A stretch of 63,901 nucleotides of DNA, the filler included, from Hausera hauseri (lineage: Eukaryota), in the NCBI GenBank assembly GCA_046269625.1. It is 11 parts of 11 records of this genome, joined end to end, with 100 filler letters (N's around TTAATTAATTAA, not from the genome) between each part and the next. Parts side by side here need not be neighbours in the genome. Positions count along the whole stretch, not along the records: positions 39,830 to 45,479 come from JBJURY010213855.1; positions 45,580 to 51,200 come from JBJURY010219188.1; 9 more parts are not named here. One strand, 5' to 3'. The translations under genes and the position numbers were made by a program. The notes under the pieces were generated by a model. That model was given only the letters and a program-made list of their open reading frames with translations. It made no database searches and was not told the DNA's origin. This document shows positions 39,831-51,300 of the stretch, one piece after another. The stretch's first letter is position 1, and each line of letters starts with the position of its first letter.

Positions 39831-40715
39831 ATGACCGAATTAAAACCAATCAATGTGCCGGATAGGCCTACGCAAGCCATGTCAATGGATATCGTAAGAC
39901 CTCTTCCTACGACCCACAAAAACAATAAGTATATTTTAACCTGTATTGATCGATTAACTCATTTTGTCGAATTAATAGCGATAATTGATCAAAAGGCAGA
40001 AACCTTGGCTGAAGCGCTAGTAAGAAGAATCATTTGTCTATATGGACCACCAGACCAAATATTAACGTATCGAGGAAGAAATTTTACCAGTGAACTCTTC
40101 GAGAAGATTATCAGGATATTTGAAATCGAACAATTAACAACTACCGCGTATCACCCTCAGTGCAATGGAATGGTTGAACGAATGAATGCAACTATTATAC
40201 ACATACTATCAACAGTAGTAGCTAAGGACCAAAAAGATTGGTACGAATTTTTAGAAGGAATTCAATTTGCAATTAATACCACTCCGCATCCAGCAACAGG
40301 ATTTACACCATTTTTATGATGTATGGACGTGAAGCTGTGTTACCCACAGATTTAGGAATGACGCCATACACGGTCAACCCCGAAGATTCAGAACAGAATT
40401 TTGCAGAAGTACTACAGATGCGATTACAAAAATGTTGTGAAATCGCCAAGGAGTTACCTCAAGAATATCAAAAACAAAACTGCGTGATTTAGAACAAGGA
40501 AATTGGGTTTATGTACATTATCCAGTAGCCAGGAAAGGCACCTCATTAAAATTGACCCATACAGGCAGAGGACCGTACGAAGTTACCAGAGTTACGCCAA
40601 CCACAGTATACATCAACAAAAATAGAAAGGAAGAAGTTATGTCAGTACAAAGAGTTGTCAAGACGGAGATAGGGCCCAATAAACGTTACAATTTACGCCA
40701 ACGTGAAATGAAAAC
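39831..40715 (+). pseudogene. Gypsy integrase (frameshifted; second catalytic Asp replaced by Tyr)
   Basis: MDIVRPLP, IDRLTHF, ILTYRGRNF, YHPQCNGMVER, TPF(L)MYGRE, GPYEV, RYNLR. Confidence 0.9.
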
Positions 40716-42146
40716 TTCTTCAATAATTGCTAGACCGATATCATATGTTCAGATAGTTTTAGCATTATCGTTAATTGCTTCTTACATCCCGAGAACACAA
40801 ACACAATGGTGGAACGATGAAGCTACGCTAGAAAATGTATACGGAATTCGGAAAAGCGGATTAAAGACAAAAATTACTATAGCGGAAAAGAAGCCAACAG
40901 CCGAAGAGATCCAAAAACAAGAAGACACTAAATTGTTACAATCAATGACGGTTAACTACTTTTCGCCGGACTCCATGTGTGTTGGGTTTAGAACTTGGAA
41001 ACCACACCACGACTTTGGAAGATTTCAAAATGTCCTATATGATGTAACAACGAAAGAAGTGAAAAACTGTGACTTTGAACCCGGATATTATACTCAATGC
41101 TGCGATGTAGATTTCGAACATGTTTACATCCTTACTTATCGACTATACTTACCAGACTCATCAGAAGTCTATATTGAAGTAAACCCACAACCTCAGTTGG
41201 CTATTCCCCTTGGCCCGGGCGATTCGGAAGGAAGCCCGACGAAATGCTACAGTCCACAAACCCAGATATAAAGTTATTAGATGAAAATATCAAAGGAATC
41301 TGGATAAACCAGGAAAGACAATGCATTTAAATAGGTGCTCGAACAGGATTAACTTCTAGTCAAGAAATTAGTATCATTTCCGAAGCAGTAAACGGAAAAA
41401 CCCCGAGAATAAATCACTGTCCTGTTCATGCCGGTGTGCAACGTCCATGTTGTAAACCAGTAAACCAAGAATTCAAAATAAAATTCGACTTACATGAAGT
41501 AAGACCGAATAAACCGAGCAAATATTTGCGGACTTACTATCGGAAGAATAGAATATGGAGGATTCCAGTAGAAACAACCACCAAAAGGCCGATTACTCGT
41601 GTTAGTGCCATTACGAGACCCACTACGTCGAACAGTGTACCTAAAAAAGAATTAGGAAGCATACCTCTTAAATATTCGGCGCATCGGTCTAAAATTGTGT
41701 TCTTTGTAGAGGAAAAACAAACTTACGATATGCACATAAGTTGCCGAACAACCTATAATAATCAAATTGTAACATTACTTAAAAGCACTCATCAGACAGA
41801 ATGCAGTTTGCTGAAACCGCAGTCTGATTACATAGTACAAATCTATGCAGAACATAAACAAAACCAAACAATTACATTGCGCACCTTAGAGGAAATTCGT
41901 GCCGAATCGCATATATATGAAAATATAGACGATGAAATCACAACTCCAGTCACCATACAAGCACCACTGAGATTAACCATTTTACCGATCGTATCTATTT
42001 TTGTGCTGTCAACGTTTGTTCTCATTATACTAATTGCGATTTTTCGGTTAGTTGCCAAAAACTATCATTCTAAGCGTCCTAACATTACAGAATTGGGACT
42101 GAGGGAATTTGCAACCCCTACTGATCCGTATGATAAAACAATCTGA
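40709..42146 (+). pseudogene. Env-position type I membrane protein: signal, two Cys domains, FN3-like domain, TM, short tail (1 frameshift, 1 stop)
   Basis: YVQIVLALSLIA; CDFEPGYYTQCC and CPVHAGVQRPCC; LLKPQSDYIVQIYA (FN3 LxPxxxYxVxVxA); TM ILPIVSIFVLSTFVLIILIAIF. Confidence 0.6.
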
Positions 42147-42248
42147 CAACTATAGAGTGGGTTATTCTGTCATCTAACAAAGAATTGATTTCATTTTAAA
42201 ACCATCCTTTGTTGTAAGATTAACCCTTATTGTTTATATTTTAGACTG

Positions 42249-43433
42249 ATGAGTAAAGAGAGAAATACGAAAACGGATACCCGACGACCTAGGATCGACG
42301 GACCGCGATCCATCCAATTACCAAAACGCCGACTTATTATTAACGAGTGCTTGCAGAATTACGCTACCGTCTTTCTCCCTAATTCTAAATCAATATATAG
42401 AGAAATTCATAACGAATTGCATGCGAAAACCTTCGTGAAGTATGAACAGAACAGCAAAATTCCTAACAATATAAAGGGTATAACGGAAGAAAATAAGATT
42501 GTTTACCTTTGCACCATGAGAGAATACAAAGATGCCCAAGCATATTCACTCAAACAAATGATCACATACGAACATCACCAGAATATTTATATCCACCTGG
42601 CATATGGTAAGATGTACTCTCGGTTCAAAGACCAAGAATGGAACACAAACAACGGAAGACAATACAGATTCAGTACTCTTAGCTTACGTAGCAAGGATTT
42701 ACAGCATTATGAATTAGAATTCAGAGTAACCGCCCTTCCCCTAAAATTAATGTTCGAAGGAACGTACGACGATTACCCCTATATAAAACTGCTACCTTTG
42801 AAATTCTATCAACAACCGTCAGAAAAGGATTTGGACACATTTTTACAATCGTATAGACTAGTGAAAGATGCTAGAAATACCAGAATCATAGCAATCAATT
42901 GTGGAGAAAGAGATGGCGTACAAAGGATCAAAATGAAAGTCTCAGTTCGAGAAACAAACGGAACAGAAGTTTATTGTACGATTATCAGCCCGAGAAAACG
43001 TGTTCGCGAGACATACTATGATACATCAGGAATTCGTAAGGAAACACTCTCGAGAGGTAAGGACATCAAAATTGTTCAGGCCGAGTTAGAACATTGTTCA
43101 CATGGATATATCATAACTGGATATCGCATCGATAGTATTGTCAATCTCTTAGAAATACCCATGTCAAGCATCGTAGGAATGAGTGAGATAGTATCACATC
43201 CAGTAGTCGCCGAACACAGCAAACGATTACTACAAGAAAGAAATTACCCCGCACCAAAAGTTATGGAGGCCTATTTCAAATTAATGATCGACGCCATGAA
43301 CAGCGAACATGTTAAGATTAGCAAACTGTTAACCGCAAGTCAACGCAATCATTACTTGCGTAATGGGACCATGAGTGGACACCCAGTAATCCAGAACAAA
43401 ATTTACGAAATACATCCGACCCAAAAACTATGA
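42249..43433 (+). CDS. Uninterrupted 394-aa orphan ORF inside the Gypsy element
   Basis: Open frame; a second homologous copy starts at 45238; a splice-acceptor-like TTTTAG lies 4 nt before the ATG. Confidence 0.7.
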   Translation: MSKERNTKTDTRRPRIDGPRSIQLPKRRLIINECLQNYATVFLPNSKSIYREIHNELHAKTFVKYEQNSKIPNNIKGITEENKIVYLCTMREYKDAQAYSLKQMITYEHHQNIYIHLAYGKMYSRFKDQEWNTNNGRQYRFSTLSLRSKDLQHYELEFRVTALPLKLMFEGTYDDYPYIKLLPLKFYQQPSEKDLDTFLQSYRLVKDARNTRIIAINCGERDGVQRIKMKVSVRETNGTEVYCTIISPRKRVRETYYDTSGIRKETLSRGKDIKIVQAELEHCSHGYIITGYRIDSIVNLLEIPMSSIVGMSEIVSHPVVAEHSKRLLQERNYPAPKVMEAYFKLMIDAMNSEHVKISKLLTASQRNHYLRNGTMSGHPVIQNKIYEIHPTQKL

Positions 43434-44710
43434 ACAAAAAGTATCGGAAACAGTATCGTTCGTATTCCCCGTGTAGAGTCGTGGAACCCATAGGACAAGA
43501 TAATATTAAAATAACTATTCGGAAATCAGATCAATCGTGCACCGATGGGCCAAGCACCAGTTATGGTTCCCACGTCAAACCAATTCCAGAAGTGAAATCT
43601 ACAATCAAGAAAATAGAAAAAATCGAAGCATTCAAAGTGCCCAAAATTCCACCGAAAAAGCAGAAAGCCAAAACACAAATTTCCCCGATCAAAAGAAAAT
43701 TATCCCTCTATGATTACTTGTTCAGAAAGAAAAATAAAGGAACAAGCTCAAACCAAGCTCAAGAGGACCGAACCGATAAAACAAACGAAGAGCAAGAAAT
43801 TTCAGAGATAGCAAAAGAAATTCCTACAACGTCCGCAATTAACCATATGACAATCCCAAAAAAACCCAAGAGAAAAACATACAAGCAATAGAACCTAGAG
43901 AGCGGATTTCAACAACTGTTCACGGAAGTAAATATCCTAAGAAAAAGGAATTCCAAAGATGTGCACTGTGCCACCACTAAAGATTATCCAAAGATGCCAA
44001 TAACTACCGAGTATTATAGTGACCAGAAAATTAAAGAAGCAATGTTTTTAGTGAAGACCACACCAGCTAGAGAAGTATATGAAAATACCTACATTTGGGA
44101 AAATCCTAATATAGAAAGGTATATTGCGCCAGTTTTCTAATCGAAAAGAAACGGCAAGCTACAGTGCCAGTATATAAACAAATGAAAACCTTATTGAGAA
44201 AACAGTATCAGAAGTATCAAACGGATAACGAAATTCCCGATTTAGATCGAGATACCATCGCCAATTGTATCTTAGTACCAGTAGGTTGTGACCCTAGAAA
44301 AAGTTCTGTAAACCCCAAACAAAAGAAAATCCATGATTACCTATATCAAGATAAAGATGGTCTCATATTAGAACACAGAGCTCATAATAAGAGTAGATTT
44401 AGACAACGAGAAATGGGATAAAGAGGAAAACGAATGCAGAGTATGTGAGGCAAATCTCAGTCAAGGATACGTTGTTTTGGATAACCGTGATTGTCAACAC
44501 AAATATTGCCGAGATTGCTTGGAAAATTGGACCTTAGATAATAGCAAAACCACCTGCCCGGTGTGTAGAGCTGAAGCAACTGAACTGAAATACTTTTCGA
44601 ACAGTAGTTACACCCCTGTAGTTCGAATAAAACCACATTACAGCTATGAATTGGTAAACAAATTCTCGAGAAAATCAGCCAAATACGGATTCAGAAGTGA
44701 GCTTACGTAG
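43430..44710 (+). pseudogene. Basic ORF ending in a C3HC4 RING finger (disrupted)
   Basis: ATGA overlap with the previous stop; CRVC...CQHKYCRDC...W...CPVCR at ~44430-44570. Confidence 0.65.
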
Positions 44711-44787
44711 ACGAAGGAATCTACTAAGACAACCACGTTATGGCGTCACCTCTCCTGACGCAATGTGCACATCCGAGGATGCCGCTC

Positions 44788-44983
44788 AGGGAGAAGAAAT
44801 GTTGTAAAGACGTCCAATATTGAGAAGACGTCAGAAAATTGTAAATAATATTATAAGCAGCATATTGTAAATATTTATTATTTTATGATATTTTCCATTA
44901 TTGTACAAACTTAGGAATTTGTACAAATATAAAGAAGGAATTTAGCAATAAATTGGTATATATTTTAGAATTTTTGGACAACA
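44788..44983 (+). repeat. Polypurine tract (44788-44799) and 184-bp LTR (44800-44983)
   Basis: AGGGAGAAGAAA followed by TGTTGT...ACAACA terminal inverted repeat; TATAAA and AATAAA inside. Confidence 0.75.
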
Positions 44984-45019
44984 TGTTAAATTTATATTAA
45001 GTTTCAAATCGGATAATAC

Positions 45020-45479
45020 CAATTGCGACTTTTTGGTTAATTGCCAAAAATTATCATTCTAAGCGTACTAACATTGAAGAATTGAAACTAAGGGAATTGG
45101 AAGCCCCTATTGATCCGTATGATAAAATAACCTGACAACTACAGAGCGGGTTATTCTATCACCTAACAAAAAATTGGTTTCATTTTAGAAACATCCTTTG
45201 TTGTAAGATTAACCCTTACTGTTTATTTTTTAGACTGATGAGTAAAGAGAGAAATACGAAAACGGATACCGGACGACCTTGGATCGACGGACCACTATCT
45301 ATCGAAGAACGAGAACGATGTAGTATCGATAAATCACCAAAACGCCGACTTAGTATTGACGAGTTCTTTCAGAATTATGCTACCGTCTTCCTGCCAAATT
45401 CTAAATCAATATATAGAGAAATTCATAACGAATTGCATAAGAAAACCTTCGTGAAGTATGATCAAACCAATAAAATCCC
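45020..45479 (+). repeat. Diverged second copy of 42030-42460 (membrane-protein tail and start of ORF394)
   Basis: Near-identical MSKERNTKTDT...QNYATVFLPNSKSIYREIHNELH and upstream DNA. Confidence 0.9.
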
Positions 45480-45579
45480 NNNNNNNNNNNNNNNNNNNNN
45501 NNNNNNNNNNNNNNNNNNNNNNNTTAATTAATTAANNNNNNNNNNNNNNNNNNNNNNNNNNNNNNNNNNNNNNNNNNNN

Positions 45580-48500
45580 ACGACTAAAGGAATTCATGCG
45601 GGTAATGGGAATGTCTAATTTTGTCCACTGGGCTGCCTGGTTTGTGTCTTCTCTCACCGTCATGACAATATCCGTTCTTATTCTTGTTATATTAATCAAA
45701 ACACTAAAAATACTCGAATTTTCTTCTCCCGGTGTTGTTTTTATCGTTTTATTTTCCTACGTCATATCGATAATTTGCCAATGTTTTATGCTCAGTGTCT
45801 TTTTCAGTCAAGCGAACATTGCCGGTGTTGTTGGAGGCGTCATTTATTTCGCTATGTATTTGCCGCATTTAATCATTTATCAAAATCAAGATAATGTCGG
45901 TTCGGCCATATTTTACGCTTCCGGAATTTCTGCCCAAGTTTCTTTGTGTAATGCTCTGACTTTTATTGCATATTGGGAACAGGCGACAGATGGAGCGCAA
46001 TTCTCTAATTTTTATGGTAGTACAGTACTTAATTTAAATTTTGGTGTAGGTCAAGCTGTAGTTATGCTTTGGGTAGACAGTGTTATATATCTCTTTTTCA
46101 CTTGGTACATTGAATCTGTGTTTCCTGGAGAATTTGGAATTCCTAAACCATGGTATTTCATTTGCTCAAGATCTTATTGGACTTCATGTGGTTGTTCGTT
46201 GAACAATGCTTCTGTAGCCCCATCAGATGCTGATGAAATAACGTTAGTTTGTGATAGTAGCACAGGGATGGAGGCCGAACCTTCCAATTTGAAAATTGGT
46301 ATATCAATTCAAAATTTAACAAAAACTTATCCAAAATCTCAAGTTCCTGCTGTTGATAACTTAAACTTGAATTTCTACCAATCACAAATTACGGCATTCC
46401 TTGGACATAACGGAGCGGGTAAAACAACGACAATTTCCATTCTCACTGGTATTTATCCACCATCATCAGGTGCTGCATTTATTCTGAAGAAGGACATAAG
46501 AACTGAAATGGATTCAATCAGAGATGTACTAGGTTTGTGTCCCCAACATAATATACTGTTTGATAAACTCACTGTCGAGGATCATGTGTATTTTTATGGA
46601 ATGTTGAAAGGCATGAGTAAACAGGCTATTGATGAGGAATTACCAAAAATTGTAGAGGATGTAGGATTAACAAAGAAACTGCAGACAGTTTCCAAAAAAC
46701 TGTCAGGAGGAATGAAAAGAAAATTGAGTGTTGCCATGGCATTTATTGGAAATTCAAAAGTGATATTTCTGGACGAACCAACAGCAGGAGTAGATCCATT
46801 TGCCCGTCGAGGAATTTGGGATTTACTAATGAAATATCGTAAATCCGACAGGACGATCGTGTTGACTACACATCATATGGATGAGGCAGATTATCTCAGT
46901 GATCGAATTGCAATTATATCACAGGGAAAATTGAAATGTTGTGGTTCGTCTGTCTTTCTTAAACGAGAATTTGGTGAGGGGTATTATTTAATATTGGAAA
47001 AGAACAAAATCGCGAGTGCCGAAGAATTTAGTTCAACAACTTTATCAAGATCTGCACAAATGTCATTGGAGTTTGTGAGAAATTTCATTCCAAATGCCAA
47101 ATTGACAGAAGAAACCAAATCACAATTATCGATTGTATTACCATTAAAACATCCCGACAAAAGCGGTTATTCAACATTATTCAATCAATTGGATAAAGTC
47201 TTGTTAGAAGTAAACATGGCCTCGTATGGATTATCTGATACGACACTTGAAGAAGTCTTTCTAAAAATTGCCGATGATCCTAGCAAGCCTACCAATGTTG
47301 AAGATCTAGATGTGCTGACTGATGATGGAGATTTACCTCGACCAGCATCTCGATGGAGTCTAAGGGACAGGAAAAGTCTAATCGATGAAGGAGAAAGTGT
47401 TAGTATCAGTGTGGAAAATGAATTATTGAAAGGTGCTGTTCTACTTCGACAGCAAATATTAGCACTACAAATTAAACGATTCCATTATACGAAAAGAAAT
47501 ATTAAAGGATTTATATCCGAACTTATATTGCCTGTTCTTTTGGTTCTGATATTAATTGCGGTCTTACAATCATCGAATACTTTACTTGATCAACCTTCCA
47601 TGCTCATCCATCCATGGTTAATGATGCCCGCAACTCAATACAGTAATCTTCGAACATTCTATCGCAAAGAAAATGTGTCGAATAGTTTGGTAAATAGTGT
47701 AACCGATTTATATCGAACTGATATGATAGAGTCAGGAATTCGATGCATGAATCCCATAGTTTTCAATTTAACTGGTTACCAATGCTACGATGTTAGCAGT
47801 AGTGTTTGGTCTCCTTTACCGCCTAATCCAATTTCCCTGCAATCACCGGATTGCGATTGTAACCAAACTGGAATGCAGCAATGTTCCGATCCAAACAGCG
47901 GCGGTCCAACTCCATCATATCGACTTATGCAAAGTTCAGACATTTTAAACAATTTAACCGGATACAATATTTCTGATCATTTGATGAAAAAATTCATGTT
48001 TTACAAACAACGGCTTTATGGTGGTTACCAATTTCTGCTGAATGACACATTTGGACAAATTTGCAATGTGATGGGGAACAACAAAATTTTGCCATTTCTT
48101 CTAACAGTTGTGCAATCATCTCAAAATTCAACGGGCTTTCTTTACAATATGGAGGCATTTTTGAAAAGTGCTGGAACGAAAACAACTTACACGAGAATCT
48201 GGGTCAATTCAAAGGGGTACGTAGCAATGCCAGCTTATGCGAATATATTCGATAACATGCTGTTGAGATCGAGAATGAATATGGGTACCAGTAGTTCGAA
48301 ATATGGCATTGCGGTGAGTAATTATCCGTTTAAATATACCCAACAAGATTTGATCAATCAGTTGACTAGCCAAATGGTCCTGGAACTGTCATTATCCATT
48401 TTTCTTAATCTGGCACTCTCATTAATTCCCGCTAGTTTTATCTTATTTCTGGTAGAAGAACAAGTCACCGGTTCGAAAAGGCAGCAGGTCGTATCCGGCA

Positions 48501-50245
48501 TCAATCCCTATGTTTATTGGCTGTCAACATTTTTATGGGATATTGTCAAATACTCAATACCAATAATTTGTATCATCATTGTATTCCTCGGATTCAATTA
48601 CCAGTCGTACATTGGTAGTAAAAATGTCGGTGCCTTTATTACTTTGCTATTTCTGTATGGTGTTGCCATTATCCCGCATATGTATCCGTTTACGTTCGCT
48701 TTTAAAATTCCTAGTACAGCTTTTGTTGTTCTATACAGCTACAATGTTCTGATAGGGGCAATAACGACTATAGCAACATTTGTCTTGGACTTACTGGAGC
48801 CTGATGATTCGTCATTAAAACCAATTAACGACGTTCTCAAGAAATTATTTCTTATATGGCCTCAGTACGATCTCGGACGAGGATTGATTGATCTGTCATA
48901 CAATTATTTGGTATACAATGTAAGTGGCGGTGTTAAGGATTATAATGCGTTTGGTTGGGAAAATGCCGGTGAAAAAATTTGTTCGTTATGCATTTTGTTT
49001 GTGGTCTGGGTGTCAGTTTTGTTTATCATAGAAAGTGGGTTGATACAGCGAACTATTTGCGGGAAAATTCGGAATCAACGTATTAAGGATAAGGAAATTG
49101 TTACCGATGATGATCCAGATGTAGCAGCAGAGAGAGTCACAGTTCAGAATGCAGCCAATGATTCATTGGCATTGAAAGTACTGAATATTACAAAAATCTA
49201 TAATCCGTCTATTAAAACGTGCTGCAAATGTTGTAAAACTGTTAAAGATGAAATTTCGTCAGAGCAACGAAAATTAGCCGTGAATAACGTTACATTTGGG
49301 GTAACTGAAGGCGAATGTTTTGGATTACTTGGTGTCAATGGGGCTGGGAAAACGACGACATTTAAAATGTTAACTGGAGAAGAAAACATAACATTTGGAG
49401 AGGCGTACATCAATGGCAAATCAGTTATTACAGACATGGTGGATGCTCATGCAAATATGGGATTTTGTCCTCAATTTGATGCTCTCCATAATTTATTAAC
49501 ATGTGAGGAGGAACTTTATTTATATTGTCGAATAAGGGGTATTCCACCAGATAAATTGAAGGAAACTGTCGATATGAGTATGACTCATCTAAGTTTGAAT
49601 CCACATGCACAAAAGCTCACCAATACCCTTTCCGGTGGAAATAAACGGAAATTATCGACAGCTTTAGCTTTAATCGGAAATCCAAAAGTGATATTTCTTG
49701 ATGAGCCAACAGCAGGAATGGATGCTGGGGCCAGACGATTTCTGTGGTCGAAAATCCAAGAATTAACAGGAAAATTTCAACGATCTGTGGTTCTCACATC
49801 ACACAATATGGAGGAATGTGAAGTTCTGTGCAATCGACTGTGTATCATGGTCAATGGGCAAATGAAATGCATCGGTAGTGTACAAGGATTGAAGTCCAAA
49901 TTCGGGAATGATTATCAAGTAAAAGTTCGATTGAATCCAGATGACGAATATAAACAAAACCGGGAACAATTGAAACGAGTAATTCGAATGGAATTTAACA
50001 ATGAAGCCATACTTCAAGATGAAAGTTTCATAACAATTGTTTACAGAATTAATCCGAATACTGCTAGTTTAAGCGAATTGTTTGATCTTTTCGAAAGCCT
50101 AAAACGAGTAAAAACAATTGCCGATTTTTCGATATCTCAGACAACATTGGATGAAATATTCATATCATTTGCTAAGGATCTACCACACAAATGTGGAACA
50201 CTCACAGATGATCCTCCCAGATATGAACTTGTAGTACATTCATAA
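45580..50245 (+). CDS. ABCA-subfamily full transporter (ABCA1/3-like), 5'-truncated, no introns over 4.6 kb
   Basis: Two NBDs: GHNGAGKTT/LSGGMKRKL/FLDEPTAG and GVNGAGKTT/LSGGNKRKL/FLDEPTAG; TTLEEVF and TTLDEIF; two TMDs and a large exocytoplasmic loop. Confidence 0.95.
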
Positions 50246-51300
50246 AAAAGAGAATTTCTATTTTTTCAATAAGAGGATTTTGACATTTTTGAATCCGTTT
50301 TTTATTTGCTGTGATCAATAAATTTTTTCAATTTTTGTAAAAATCCATGTAAAATATTCATCGAATATTCGGTCTATAGTCGGTATGTACTCATGTGAAT
50401 GGCCAAAATGTATACATGACAGAATATGCGATTGTTAATTAAACCAATACATTTTAGATTGACAGAACATCAAGAAAATATAAATCGAATATTAAAAGAA
50501 CATTAGCTCGAGAACAGTAATGAAAAGTTTATTATTTTGCATGTCTCGCTGATTATTGGTTATAAAAAATCACATTTACAGTAAAACTCGTTTCCATGGA
50601 AGCTACTCAAATTATGTATATCAATGAGTCTACTGTAAATTGAATCCACCAGACAATACCTTTAAGCCATAATGATTTCTAAAAATATACATTGTCGCTA
50701 CGGACTACCGAACTACCGAAAATTATATCATTGATTTTTTGTTTTGGCTACAAATCTGTGGTTACTTCTACCGCAACTGATGTGTATATTGTTTTAATGC
50801 ATACATTGTGGCGTGAAAGGCATAGAAATTCAGTTTCTACTTATCAGAACAGTGAGAAAGAAAAGGCAACACACTGTACTTTGAAGTACTTTATAAGTAA
50901 TTACTGTTAGATAATTTCAATAAGACTTTTTCTAGTATGTAATAAACAAGAAAAACCAAATTGTTATGCTGATTAATTATATGAAAAAAATGTTTTGCTA
51001 TTTCGATGTTTGTCCATACAGAGAACTTTTGATATTTTATAAATATTTGATTCTTTTTTCAACCAAGATTTTTAAAAAAGTCGAATTTCCAGTTTGCCGT
51101 TCATGATATGTCAAAGTATACTGTATTCGTCTAATTATCAGTTACATCCCTAATATTCGATGAATATTTATTAGGTCGACAAAACATGAACAAAAGACAA
51201 NNNNNNNNNNNNNNNNNNNNNNNNNNNNNNNNNNNNNNNNNNNNTTAATTAATTAANNNNNNNNNNNNNNNNNNNNNNNNNNNNNNNNNNNNNNNNNNNN

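Larger units (their letters stand above)
39830..44983 (+). mobile_element. 3' half of a large Gypsy element: IN, membrane protein, ORF394, RING ORF, PPT, 3' LTR
   Basis: Co-oriented ORFs between the integrase and a PPT/LTR. Confidence 0.8.

Noticed and set aside
39588-40319. RT/RNase H (to 39729) and integrase (from 39831) as one continuous element
   Set aside because: They are separated by an artificial linker; the integrase instead matches the element at 51301.
46158-50017. Short antisense ORFs over ABCA (likewise over tubulin and SLC36)
   Set aside because: Shadow ORFs without recognisable motifs.
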